From assembly GCA_963804525.1 (NCBI GenBank), contig CAWDQO010000005.1, positions 738,844 through 802,843 on the forward strand: a DNA stretch of 64,000 bases, written 5' to 3'. Origin of the DNA: an uncultured Thermoplasmata archaeon (GTDB lineage Archaea; Thermoplasmatota; Thermoplasmata; Lutacidiplasmatales; UBA184). Positions 15,750 to 24,117 of the stretch are shown here, piece after piece; the stretch's first letter is position 1, and every line of letters begins with the position of its first letter. A program made the position numbers and the translations under genes. Under the pieces are notes generated by a model. The model had not been told where the DNA came from and did no database searches. It saw only the letters and a program-made list of their open reading frames with translations.

Positions 15750-17939
15750 CTGCAGGCGATCCTCCTCCTCGACCCGAACCACGCCCCGGCGCTCCTCGAG
15801 CAGTTCCGGCTCCACCAGCAGTCGGGAGAGAAGTCGGAGGCGTACGAGGCGCTCCACCAGATGCTCGCGGCCGAGGGGGCCGACGCGTCCGACCCCGCGC
15901 TCTTCCTGCAGGCCGGCGACCTCGCCGCCGAGCTCGGCCGGGGGGAAGAGGCGAACCGCGCGTACGAGCGCGCCGCGGCGCTCGACCCGAGCCTCCTCGG
16001 AGAGATCGCGAACCGCCGGGCCCGTCTGCGGCTCGCCGCAGGACGACCCGACCTCGCCCTCGAGGTCCTTGACCTGACGCTCGCGCAGGGACCCGCGTCC
16101 GAGCGGCCCGTCGGCACCCTCCTCCTCCGCGCCCAGATCCTCATGGCCCTCGAGCGGCAACCCGAGGCCCAATCGGTCTACCAGCAGGTCCTCGAGCACG
16201 AGCCGCGCTCGCCGAGCGCGCTCGCGGGTGTCGGCCGATGTCTCCTCGACCAGGGGAAGCACGCCGATGCGAAGTCGTTCCTGACCCAGGCGATCCCGCA
16301 GGTCCCTCCGAACGCGACCCTCTTCCTCCTCCTCGGCGAAGCCGAGAGCGGCCTCGGCGACCTCGCGGCCGCCGTCGAGGCGGTGCGCAAGGGGACCGAG
16401 TCGCTGCCGAAGTCGGCCGAGCTCTGGGTCCGCCTCGGGGAACTGCAGATCGCGCGCGAGACGTGGTCGGAGGCGGCGGGGGCATACGCCCACGCCATCG
16501 CCCTCGACGCGGCGAATCCCGAGCCGATGCTGCGCGCCGGCTTCGTGGCCGAGAAGCTCGGCCACCCGAACGAGGCGCTCGCGTTGTACGAGCACGCGAC
16601 GACGGTGGCCCCGGCGAACAAGTACGCCTGGTGCAGCCGCGGCGTCGCTCTCCTCGCCACGGGCCGGCCGGACGAGGCCCGGGAGAGCTTCGACCGGTCG
16701 CTCGCCCTCGACTCGGATTTCGTCGCCGCCAAGGAGGGCCGGCAATCGGCGCTCCAGAAGACCCGCGAGGGGCAGGTCGAGCGGTTCGGCCGAGAGGCGC
16801 TCGTCCTCGAGGCGAAGAGCCGGCGGGCCGTCACGCGGAACGACCTCTTTGTCACGCTCCACGTCCCGTTCGACCTCCTCGAGCCCGTGCTGCAGGCGCT
16901 CTCACGGAACGTCAAGGTCGACATCGACCGGCTCGACGAGGCCGAGATGAAGGAGCTCGAGGGGGCGTCGTACCGGCTCGTGACCGCGGCGCTCGAGCAC
17001 CGGCCCGAGGGGCTCGACCGGAGGGGGTTCACCTTGGCCGACGTCGCGGTCCTCTGCCCCCCGACCACCTCGCTCCCCCAGATCCAGAGGCTCTTCGGGT
17101 ACGTCCGGACCGTCCTCGAGCTCGACGTCCGGCCCGAGAACCTGAAGCTGACGCCGGACGTCGAGGAGCTCGCCCGCCGGGCGCTCCTCCTCCCGGAGAA
17201 CCAGCGCACGCTGTTCCAGCTCGTCCGGACCCTGAAGGTCGGGCTGTTCAAGGCCCGGCTCATCAAGGCGGTCGAAACGGCCGGCTCCGCCGTCCACGCC
17301 CCCCTCCCGTCGCTCGACCTCGGGCAGTACGGACCGGAGTTCCGCTCCTCCGAGCCTCTCCCCAGCGACGACGCCGACTTCTTCCCGGCCGACTCCGGGG
17401 GCGCGAGCCCATCCTCCGGCCCCCATCCCGTCGCCGCGGCGGCGCCGCCGGCACCGCGGGGACCTTCTGGCCCCGTGGCCCGCGGGGCCCCGACCGGAGC
17501 CCGCTGCGTGGGGTGCGGCGGCGTCGCGACGGTCGTCCACGGGTGCGGTGCTCCGGTCTGCATGCACTGCATCGCAGAGTTCCGTACTTGCCCGAAGTGC
17601 GGCCAACCGGTCGCCCTTCCCGCCCCGCGGCCGGCGTCGGCATCCCCCGGCCCGGGCCACGCAAGTTCGAGTCGGTCGTCGCACTCCGAGCCCGCGGCGA
17701 AACCTCCCCATCCGGCGAAGGACGACCACGCGAAGCCGAAACCCCCGGCGACTCCGCCGCACGCCCCTCCGAAACCGGCCACGCCGGACCCCACCGCGAA
17801 ATCCGTCGGAAAGCCACCGGCCGCCCGCGCAGCTCCCCCCGACTCACCGCCGGCGGCCCCCGAACCGGCCGCTCCGTCCGCCCCCGCGAAGCCACCCCGG
17901 CCGCCCCGGGAGCGGACCGACGACGAGCCCCGGCTATGA
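15750..17939 (+). CDS. TPR-repeat protein, C-terminal segment with Cys/His finger and Pro-rich tail
   Basis: Frame of ORF 15861..17939(+). My translation upstream of its ATG continues as LQAILLLDPNHAPALLEQFRLHQQSGEKSEAYEALHQ, which is contiguous TPR sequence. It ends with CVGCGGVATVVHGCGAPVCMHCIAEFRTCPKCG and KPPHPAKDDHAKPKPPATPP... Confidence 0.8.
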   Translation: MQAILLLDPNHAPALLEQFRLHQQSGEKSEAYEALHQMLAAEGADASDPALFLQAGDLAAELGRGEEANRAYERAAALDPSLLGEIANRRARLRLAAGRPDLALEVLDLTLAQGPASERPVGTLLLRAQILMALERQPEAQSVYQQVLEHEPRSPSALAGVGRCLLDQGKHADAKSFLTQAIPQVPPNATLFLLLGEAESGLGDLAAAVEAVRKGTESLPKSAELWVRLGELQIARETWSEAAGAYAHAIALDAANPEPMLRAGFVAEKLGHPNEALALYEHATTVAPANKYAWCSRGVALLATGRPDEARESFDRSLALDSDFVAAKEGRQSALQKTREGQVERFGREALVLEAKSRRAVTRNDLFVTLHVPFDLLEPVLQALSRNVKVDIDRLDEAEMKELEGASYRLVTAALEHRPEGLDRRGFTLADVAVLCPPTTSLPQIQRLFGYVRTVLELDVRPENLKLTPDVEELARRALLLPENQRTLFQLVRTLKVGLFKARLIKAVETAGSAVHAPLPSLDLGQYGPEFRSSEPLPSDDADFFPADSGGASPSSGPHPVAAAAPPAPRGPSGPVARGAPTGARCVGCGGVATVVHGCGAPVCMHCIAEFRTCPKCGQPVALPAPRPASASPGPGHASSSRSSHSEPAAKPPHPAKDDHAKPKPPATPPHAPPKPATPDPTAKSVGKPPAARAAPPDSPPAAPEPAAPSAPAKPPRPPRERTDDEPRL

Positions 17940-18030
17940 GCCGGTGACGCACGGGCCCGGAGGGGCCGCGGCGCCGTTCCTCTAAGCTGAAATAGGCGTC
18001 ATCGCCTCGAAGGTTTCTGGACCTCCGACG

Positions 18031-18555
18031 ATGACGAACGCACCGGCCCGACCGCAATCCCCCGTGCTCGGCACGGCGATCGTGGGCATCCTCGTCCTCG
18101 TCGCCGCGCTCCTGTTCGCCGCGGTCTACCTCTTCCTCCCGGGGAACCAGCACTTCTACGGCCTGCTGACGATCGGGATCCTTTCCCTGGTCTTCGCCCT
18201 CGGGTGCTACCTCGCCCAATCGATCGCGCCGAACCCGGTCGTGCCGCGCGCCCTCTCCTGGGGGTTCGCCGGGCTCGGATTCGCCCTCTTGTTCGGGACG
18301 GTCGCGATCAACCCCGGGTCGACCCTCAGCTCCCTCGGCCAGATCCTGACCCTCGTGGTCGTCCTCCTGTTCCTCGCCGTCACCCTCGTCGGGGCGTACT
18401 GGCGGACCTGGACGGTGGCCAGCGCGCGGACCCGGGTCGAGCGACGCGAGGCGTTCCAATCCCAGCCCCCGCGCTCCGCCCTGGAGTACGCCGCGGCGCA
18501 ACACGACCGGGACGTCACCCAGCCCTCGACGGCCACCTCGAAAGGTCCTCCATGA
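18031..18555 (+). CDS. Hypothetical 4-TM membrane protein
   Basis: ORF 18031..18555(+). Four hydrophobic helices: AIVGILVLVAALLFAAVYLF, LLTIGILSLVFALGCYLA, WGFAGLGFALLFGTVAI and ILTLVVVLLFLAVTLVGAYW. Confidence 0.75.
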   Translation: MTNAPARPQSPVLGTAIVGILVLVAALLFAAVYLFLPGNQHFYGLLTIGILSLVFALGCYLAQSIAPNPVVPRALSWGFAGLGFALLFGTVAINPGSTLSSLGQILTLVVVLLFLAVTLVGAYWRTWTVASARTRVERREAFQSQPPRSALEYAAAQHDRDVTQPSTATSKGPP

Positions 18556-19253
18556 GTACTCCGATGGGAACCCCCCCGACGCCACCGGCGTCCCCCGGCC
18601 CGTCCCCCGGGACGCTCGCATGCCCGAAGTGCCAGACCCCGAACTCCCCCTCGAGCAAGTTCTGCTCGGCGTGCGGCGCCCCGCTCGGTCCCGCGGCCGC
18701 CGGATCCCCGGGGGCTCCCCCCGCGCCCGTCGTCGACATCCGGCAGAAGGTCGACCAGGACCGAGGGTTCCTGAAGAAGCTCCAGCTCCTGATTCCGGGG
18801 TTCCGGGGGTACCGTCAGGGAGAGGACGACCGGGCGGCCGACAGTATCCTGAGGATGCAGGTCGCCGACCGGGTCCACCGGGCCAGCGGGATCGCCACGA
18901 CCGCGCGGGCCTCGCTCACGAACTCCGGCGATTTCGCCCATCTCGGCGACCTCGCGCAGATCCTTTCCGAACTGGGCGTCCTCGAAGGGCAGATCCGGCA
19001 CGGGGAGCAGGGGTACACGGGGATCTCCCCCGCGGTCCGGATGAGCGTCACCTCACTCGACAAGCTCTACGAGTACGACTACGGGTTCGTCCAGGCGGCC
19101 GACACCCTGACCGAGACGCTCGCCCCGCTCAACGTACCGGCCCCCTCGACCGCCGACGCCGCGACGGCCATCCAGAACGCCCGGGGCGTCATCCGCCAGC
19201 TGCAGGCCGCCTTCCAGGCCCGGACGAAAGCGGTTCAAGGGATCCAGGTCTAA
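18552..19253 (+). CDS. Hypothetical Zn-ribbon + helical protein
   Basis: Frame of ORF 18204..19253(+), from ATG 18552 (ATGA overlap with the upstream stop). CPKCQTPNSPSSKFCSACGAPL, then about 180 aa of helical sequence. Confidence 0.7.
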   Translation: MSTPMGTPPTPPASPGPSPGTLACPKCQTPNSPSSKFCSACGAPLGPAAAGSPGAPPAPVVDIRQKVDQDRGFLKKLQLLIPGFRGYRQGEDDRAADSILRMQVADRVHRASGIATTARASLTNSGDFAHLGDLAQILSELGVLEGQIRHGEQGYTGISPAVRMSVTSLDKLYEYDYGFVQAADTLTETLAPLNVPAPSTADAATAIQNARGVIRQLQAAFQARTKAVQGIQV

Positions 19254-19265
19254 CGGAGGTCGACG

Positions 19266-20441
19266 ATGGTCACGAACAAACCGGTGCCAGCGAAGGGAGG
19301 CAGCCTTCTCGGGGCGACCACGGTCGTCTGGGAGGACGCCTACAAGGGGCCGAACGTGATGTGGCGCGTCCCGCGCAACATCCGGTACGGCGACAACATC
19401 GTCGTTCGCCAGGACGAGACCGCCGTGTTCTTCCGGGACGGGAAGGTCCTCTCGTACCTCGACCGCCCCGACCGGTACGCCCTCACGAGCCTCAACGCCG
19501 GGATCGTCGGGAACCTGATCCAGTCGTTGAGCGGCGTCCGCCAGGAGGCGGAGGTCTACTACCTGCAACGGCGGATCTTCGACGGGAAGTTCGGCAGCCA
19601 GGAACCGTACGTCTTCAAGGACCCCGATTTCGGGCTCGTCAGCCTCCGGGTCTTCGGCGATTACCGGTGGAAGGTCGGCGGACCGGACCTGTTCATCAAT
19701 CAGTTCGTGGGCACGTTCGGCGCGGCGACGACCGCCGACGTCGAATCCCGGCTCCGCGACCAGATGGTCCTGCTCGTCTACAACACCCTCGGCAAGCTGA
19801 AGGACCAGGGGATGCACGTCACCGACCTCGCCGGGCAGCTCAGCACGATCGAGCAGGCGGTCCTCGGGTTCGCGCCCCAGCACTTCCAGACGCTCGGCGT
19901 GGAGGTCCAGCAGCTCCAGGGGCTCTCCGTCAATCTCCCCGACGAGGTCCAGAAGGCGGTCAACACGCGCTCGACGATGAGCGTCCTCGGCGTCAACTAC
20001 ATGCAGTACCAGGCCGGCCAGGCGATGACGACCGCCGCCGCGAACCAGTCCGGCGGCGCCGGCCAGTTCGCCGGCGCGGGCGTCGGGCTCGGCGCGGGGC
20101 TCGGCATCGGGTACGGGATGGCCGGTTCGATGCAGGGCGCGTACGCCGGGACGGGTACGCCGGGCGGGGCTCCCGGCGGCCAGACCCCGTGTCCGAAGTG
20201 CGCCACCATGGTCCCGGTCGGCTCGAAGTTCTGCCCGTCGTGCGGCGCGACGATCGGCGCCCCGGCCGCCGGTCCTCCGTGCCCCAAGTGCGGGGCCGCG
20301 ACGCAGCTCGGCCAGAAGTTCTGCCCCTCGTGCGGCCAGTCGCTCGCCCCCGCGCCCGCCCGAACCTGTGCGAAATGCCAGGCGAGCGTGCCGGCGGGGA
20401 CGAAGTTCTGCCCGAACTGCGGCACCGCGATGCCGCCGTAG
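19266..20441 (+). CDS. SPFH/Band-7 family protein (YdjI/COG4260 type) with three C-terminal Zn-ribbons
   Basis: ORF 19266..20441(+). VVWEDAYKGPNVMWRVPRNIRYGDNIVVRQDETAVFFRDGKVLSYLDRPDRYALTS, a Gly-rich linker, then CPKCATMVPVGSKFCPSCG, CPKCGAATQLGQKFCPSCG and CAKCQASVPAGTKFCPNCG. Confidence 0.8.
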   Translation: MVTNKPVPAKGGSLLGATTVVWEDAYKGPNVMWRVPRNIRYGDNIVVRQDETAVFFRDGKVLSYLDRPDRYALTSLNAGIVGNLIQSLSGVRQEAEVYYLQRRIFDGKFGSQEPYVFKDPDFGLVSLRVFGDYRWKVGGPDLFINQFVGTFGAATTADVESRLRDQMVLLVYNTLGKLKDQGMHVTDLAGQLSTIEQAVLGFAPQHFQTLGVEVQQLQGLSVNLPDEVQKAVNTRSTMSVLGVNYMQYQAGQAMTTAAANQSGGAGQFAGAGVGLGAGLGIGYGMAGSMQGAYAGTGTPGGAPGGQTPCPKCATMVPVGSKFCPSCGATIGAPAAGPPCPKCGAATQLGQKFCPSCGQSLAPAPARTCAKCQASVPAGTKFCPNCGTAMPP

Positions 20442-20470
20442 GCGGACTCGGCCCTCGCCCCGACCGGTGG

Positions 20471-20950
20471 TTACGAACCGGCGGACCGGTTCGACGACCC
20501 CCGCCTTCGCGGGACCCGCTGGATCGTGTAGCGGACCGGTACCCGCCGGCGCCGGTGCATCCAGTACCCGCAGCGAGGGCACCGCAGGCCGAGGGCGACA
20601 ACGTCGCCGGTCAGGGTCCGGTTCCGGATCGGCTTCAGGGGCCCGTCGCACACGGGGCAGCTCTCCGGGGGATTGGGGTCGGCCCGCTCGGTGTACCGGA
20701 CGAGGAGCCGGACCCCGGGGGTCTCGACGAGGAGCGAGCGGAGCCGGGGGCCGCCGATCCGCATCGACGGGTCCTCGGCCCGGAGCGCCGGCCCGAACGC
20801 GCGGAGGAACGCCGCCTGCGAGGAGTAGTGGCCGATCCCGAGGACGAGGAGACGGTCGAGCGCGGCCCGGACCGTGTCGGCGTCGGCCCGGCGGAACGCC
20901 GGCGTTTGCCGGGGCTCAGAGGGCCCCGCCGCGGTGGCCTTCGCGGGCAC
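20471..20950 (-). CDS. Hypothetical small protein with C-terminal Zn-ribbon
   Basis: Tail of ORF 20471..21280(-), from GTG 20950. ...DTVRAALDRLLVLGIGHYSSQAAFLRAFGPALRAEDPSMRIGGPRLRSLLVETPGVRLLVRY...CPVCDGPLKPIRNRTLTGDVVALGLRCPRCGYWM. It overlaps the stop of the AAA+ gene by 35 nt. Confidence 0.55.
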   Translation of the reverse strand: MPAKATAAGPSEPRQTPAFRRADADTVRAALDRLLVLGIGHYSSQAAFLRAFGPALRAEDPSMRIGGPRLRSLLVETPGVRLLVRYTERADPNPPESCPVCDGPLKPIRNRTLTGDVVALGLRCPRCGYWMHRRRRVPVRYTIQRVPRRRGSSNRSAGS

Positions 20951-22367
20951 CGATCTCCTCCTCGTAGAACTGCCGGGCGAACGCCCCCTCCTCGCGCCCG
21001 ATCGGGATCGGGCCGTCCCCGGGCCGGGCGAAGTAGGCCACGAGCGACGCCGCGGCGGCGAGCCGGACCGCGCGGGACTTGAGGCGCGGGGAGAACTTCG
21101 GGTGGGTCGTCCGGGCGAGCGCCCGCTCGCTGACCTCCCGGAGCGAGGTGTAGAGCCCCGGGTCGAGGCGGACCGGGCGGCTCCGGAACTTCCCCGAGAC
21201 GAGCGGGTGGTGAGTCTGGATCGCGTGGACGAGGGTGAGGTGGTCCCGGATCCGCTCCGCGAGCGGGAACTCGATCGCACCGAGCTCGAGCCGCTCCGCG
21301 CTCGCCTCGACCGCCCGGAACCGGTCCCGGGTCATCGGATGGAACCGGAGGAGCATCCGGTCCTCGAGCGCGGCGAAGTTCGGGTCGGCGATCGTCGTCC
21401 AGTAGTCGTCGGCGCCGCCGGTCCGGACGTTGTAGTTGACGGAAAAGAACGAGTGGAACGTGTACGGGCCGATCGTGCCGAGCGTCGTCTCCCACTTCAC
21501 CTCGCGCTGCTCCATCACGAGCTTCAGCGGTTCGACCATCCCCTTGTACCTGAACCAGTCATTGAACTCGGGGACGATGAAATTGAACGTCCGCCCCGTG
21601 TAGGACGCCCCGACGCGGAGAAACTGGACCGGGGTGATCCCGCCGCAGTACCGGTTCCGGCCCGCGAGCCCGTGGGCGGGGACCCCCGTCCGGGGGTTGC
21701 CGCGGATCATGTCGTCGATCGAGAACGTCTTCCCGGTCCCGGGCGGGCCGAACAGCGCGAGATGGAACCCGGTCGTCCCCGTCGTGCGGCCGGTCGGGGC
21801 GATCAGCGGGACGTCGGCGAGGGCGTACTGCTGGAGGAGGGAGATGAGCGAGTCGACGTAGAGCACCTCCCCGAACAGCTCCCGGAGGTACCCGGCGAGC
21901 GCGTCGACGCTGAACGTCTTGCCGAACGCCACCGTCTCGGCGAGCCGGTGGTGGAGGACGTCGCGGAGGTGGTCGACGAACTCGCTGTCCATCGAGCGAA
22001 TCTCCGCTCCCTCGTCCTGGACCGGCATGAACCCGGCCGGCTCGGGGGCCGCCAAGCGCGCGACCTCGCCCAGAAGGATCCGCCGGAGCTCGTCCGGCAG
22101 CGGGACGTGGTACCAGCGGTCTCCCTTCCCCTCGGGGAGCTCCTCGACGAGTCCCCGCCGCTTCAGCCGCTGGAGGAGGCGGGACGGGTCCTCGAACACC
22201 CGCTCCTTGAGGAGGCGGGCCCGGAGCTCGGAGAGGCGGAACCGCGCCCGGCCGGAGGCGACCCCGCGGACGACCCGCCGCCGGTCGCAGTCGGCGACGA
22301 GGGCGGCGAGGACCCGGGCCGCGGCCTCCTCGTCGACGAGGATGCCGAGGTCCGGGGACGCCGCCAC
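20916..22367 (-). CDS. AAA+ ATPase with N-terminal winged-helix-like region, uncharacterised family
   Basis: C-terminal 483 codons of ORF 20916..23642(-), from GTG 22367. LLQRLKRRGLVEELPEGKGDRWYHV; Walker A LALFGPPGTGKT; Walker B-like FNFIVPEFND; then VMEQREVKWETTLGTIGPYTFHSFFSVNYNV, a Mg-chelatase/MCM-like layout. Upstream of 22367 the ORF is antisense to hjc and the thiolase gene. Confidence 0.75.
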   Translation of the reverse strand: MAASPDLGILVDEEAAARVLAALVADCDRRRVVRGVASGRARFRLSELRARLLKERVFEDPSRLLQRLKRRGLVEELPEGKGDRWYHVPLPDELRRILLGEVARLAAPEPAGFMPVQDEGAEIRSMDSEFVDHLRDVLHHRLAETVAFGKTFSVDALAGYLRELFGEVLYVDSLISLLQQYALADVPLIAPTGRTTGTTGFHLALFGPPGTGKTFSIDDMIRGNPRTGVPAHGLAGRNRYCGGITPVQFLRVGASYTGRTFNFIVPEFNDWFRYKGMVEPLKLVMEQREVKWETTLGTIGPYTFHSFFSVNYNVRTGGADDYWTTIADPNFAALEDRMLLRFHPMTRDRFRAVEASAERLELGAIEFPLAERIRDHLTLVHAIQTHHPLVSGKFRSRPVRLDPGLYTSLREVSERALARTTHPKFSPRLKSRAVRLAAAASLVAYFARPGDGPIPIGREEGAFARQFYEEEIGAREGHRGGAL

Positions 22368-22390
22368 GAGCGTCGGCCGATGCCCCGACG

Positions 22391-22400
22391 AATCTATAAT
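22391..22400 (-). promoter_or_regulatory. TATA-like box for the AAA+ gene
   Basis: Minus strand ATTATAGATT, about 25-30 nt upstream of GTG 22367 (near-leaderless geometry). Confidence 0.5.
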
Positions 22401-22423
22401 GACCCCGCTCCAGAGACGGGCGT

Positions 22424-22978
22424 GTGGGTCGGGGTTCCTCGGCGTACGAGCGCGAACTGAAGGAACTCCTCCAGGCCAACCCCGACACGCTCGCCCGGGT
22501 ACTCGAAATCGCTGGCCCCCTCGGATCGCCCCCAGCTCGCCGCGTTCGAGCGAGCCCCGTTCCTCGTCGTCCGGGCCGCGGGGTCGCTCGGGTTCGACCT
22601 CGTCGCGCTCCGCTCGGAGTTCGCGTTCCCGCTCGAGGTGAAGGCGTCGGCGTCGGACACGATCCGGTTCAGCGCCGCCAGTGGGCGGGCCGCCGTCCAG
22701 CTCGAGCAGCACCGCCGGGCGGTCGCCCGGGTCGGGCTCGTGATCCTCTACGCCTACCGGCGGGTCGGCCGGGGCCACGGGGAACCGTGGCGCGTCTACG
22801 CCGGCGGCGTGGGCCCGTCGACGGGCCGGTACCGCGTCCTCAACCGCTGGCTCCCCCCCGTGGAGGCGACGAAGGAGGGAAACGGGGTGTTGCGATGGGG
22901 GGCCGGGATGCCGCTCAGCCGGTTCTTCACCATCGTCGCCAGCCTGACCGAGCCGGCGGCCGGATCCCCCCGCCATGA
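22424..22978 (+). CDS. hjc: Holliday-junction-resolvase-like nuclease (Hjc family), frame-interrupted twice
   Basis: The N-terminus is in the frame of ORF 22424 (GSSAYERELKELLQ). The core is in the frame of ORF 22638 (my upstream translation: DRPQLAAFERAPFLVVRAAGSLGFDLVALRSEFAFPLEVKASASDTIRF...VGLVILYAYRRV). The core frame has no start and no stop before 24437. The breaks fit the C5 run at 22516-22520 and the C6 run at 22966-22971. The frame-A stop forms ATGA with the thiolase start. Confidence 0.65.
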   Translation: MGRGSSAYERELKELLQANPDTLARVLEIAGPLGSPPARRVRASPVPRRPGRGVARVRPRRAPLGVRVPARGEGVGVGHDPVQRRQWAGRRPARAAPPGGRPGRARDPLRLPAGRPGPRGTVARLRRRRGPVDGPVPRPQPLAPPRGGDEGGKRGVAMGGRDAAQPVLHHRRQPDRAGGRIPPP

Positions 22979-24117
22979 AGGTCGCGGTCACCGCGACCGG
23001 CGTCGGGCGGTTCGGCAAGCGGACCGAGACGCTCGTCGAGCTCCTCTGCGAGGCCGGCCGGGAGGCGCTCGACGGCCTCGGCCGGAAGCCGGTCGACCTC
23101 CTGGTCGTCGGCCACATGGCCGGCGGATCGCTCGGGGGGGTCGAGAACACCGTCGCGAAGGTCGCGGACCGGCTCGGGCTCGACGCAGGGTCCGGGGTTC
23201 GCGTGGAGTCGGCGAGCGCGAGCGGGGCCGCCGCCTTCCACACGGCGGTCGCGATGGTCCGGTCCGGCCAGTACGAGCGGGCGCTCGTCGTCGCGGGCGA
23301 GAAGATGACCGACCTGCCGAACGCCGACGCGACGAAGATCCTCGCGGGGTCGCTCGCCCCGTCCGAGGTCGCCCACGGGGCGACGATGCCGGCGCTCGCG
23401 GCGCTCGTCGCGGGCCGGTACCTCGAACGGTACCGCCTCGACGAGGGGGACCTCGACCTGGTGACCGTCGCCGCGCGCGCCGCGGCGGCCCGAAACCCGA
23501 ACGCCCAGTTCTCGAAACCGGTGACGGCCGCGGAGGTCCGCGGAAGCCGACCGGTCGCGCTCCCCCTCCGACTGCTCCACTGCGCCGCCGTCTCGGACGG
23601 GGCGGCCGCCGTCGTCCTCGAGCCGGGGACTGGACCGGCCACGGTGCTCGGCCTCGGTCAGGCGACCGACCACGTCGAGCTCGTGGAACGCCCGGAGCTG
23701 ACGAGCTTCCGGGCGACCCGGGTCGCGGCGCAACGCGCGTACGAGTCGGCTCGCCAGACTCGGAAGGAGGTCGATTTCGCCGAGCTCCACGACGCGTTCG
23801 CCCCGTTCGCGATCATCGACCTCGAGGACATCGGCGCCGTCGGCGCCGGGGAGGGAGCCGCGTGGTTCCGGGGCGGAGCGACGGGGCCCGACGGCCGGTT
23901 TCCCGTGAACCCCTCCGGAGGGATCCTCGGGCGGGGCCACCCTGTGGGAGCCTCCGGCCTCGTCCAACTCGCCGAGGTCGCCCGACAGCTCCGGGGCGAG
24001 GCGGGCGCCATGGCGCTGCCGAAACTCCCCCGCCGAGGACTCGCCCAGTCGATCGGCGGGCTCGGCTCGCACAACTTCGTCACCATCCTCGGCCATTCCG
24101 GGGGCGCGGCACCATGA
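22975..24117 (+). CDS. Thiolase-like acetyl-CoA acetyltransferase (archaeal type)
   Basis: ORF 22975..24117(+). MKVAVTATGVGRFGKR...ESASASGAAAFHTAVAMVRSGQYERALVVAGEKM...NPSGGILGRGHPVGASGL. Confidence 0.85.
   Translation: MKVAVTATGVGRFGKRTETLVELLCEAGREALDGLGRKPVDLLVVGHMAGGSLGGVENTVAKVADRLGLDAGSGVRVESASASGAAAFHTAVAMVRSGQYERALVVAGEKMTDLPNADATKILAGSLAPSEVAHGATMPALAALVAGRYLERYRLDEGDLDLVTVAARAAAARNPNAQFSKPVTAAEVRGSRPVALPLRLLHCAAVSDGAAAVVLEPGTGPATVLGLGQATDHVELVERPELTSFRATRVAAQRAYESARQTRKEVDFAELHDAFAPFAIIDLEDIGAVGAGEGAAWFRGGATGPDGRFPVNPSGGILGRGHPVGASGLVQLAEVARQLRGEAGAMALPKLPRRGLAQSIGGLGSHNFVTILGHSGGAAP

Noticed and set aside
13352-16144. N-terminal ~930 codons of ORF 12086..16144 (minus)
   Set aside because: Only the last 421 codons, from ATG 13351, look like the HD hydrolase. 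The rest mirrors the TPR gene on the plus strand and is E/R/G/P-rich junk.
18620-21082. 820-aa plus-strand ORF (and 19053..20651 minus) overlapping the Zn-ribbon, SPFH and AAA+ genes
   Set aside because: These are off-frame or antisense to genes with recognisable SPFH and Zn-ribbon motifs. Their composition is dominated by R, P, G and D.
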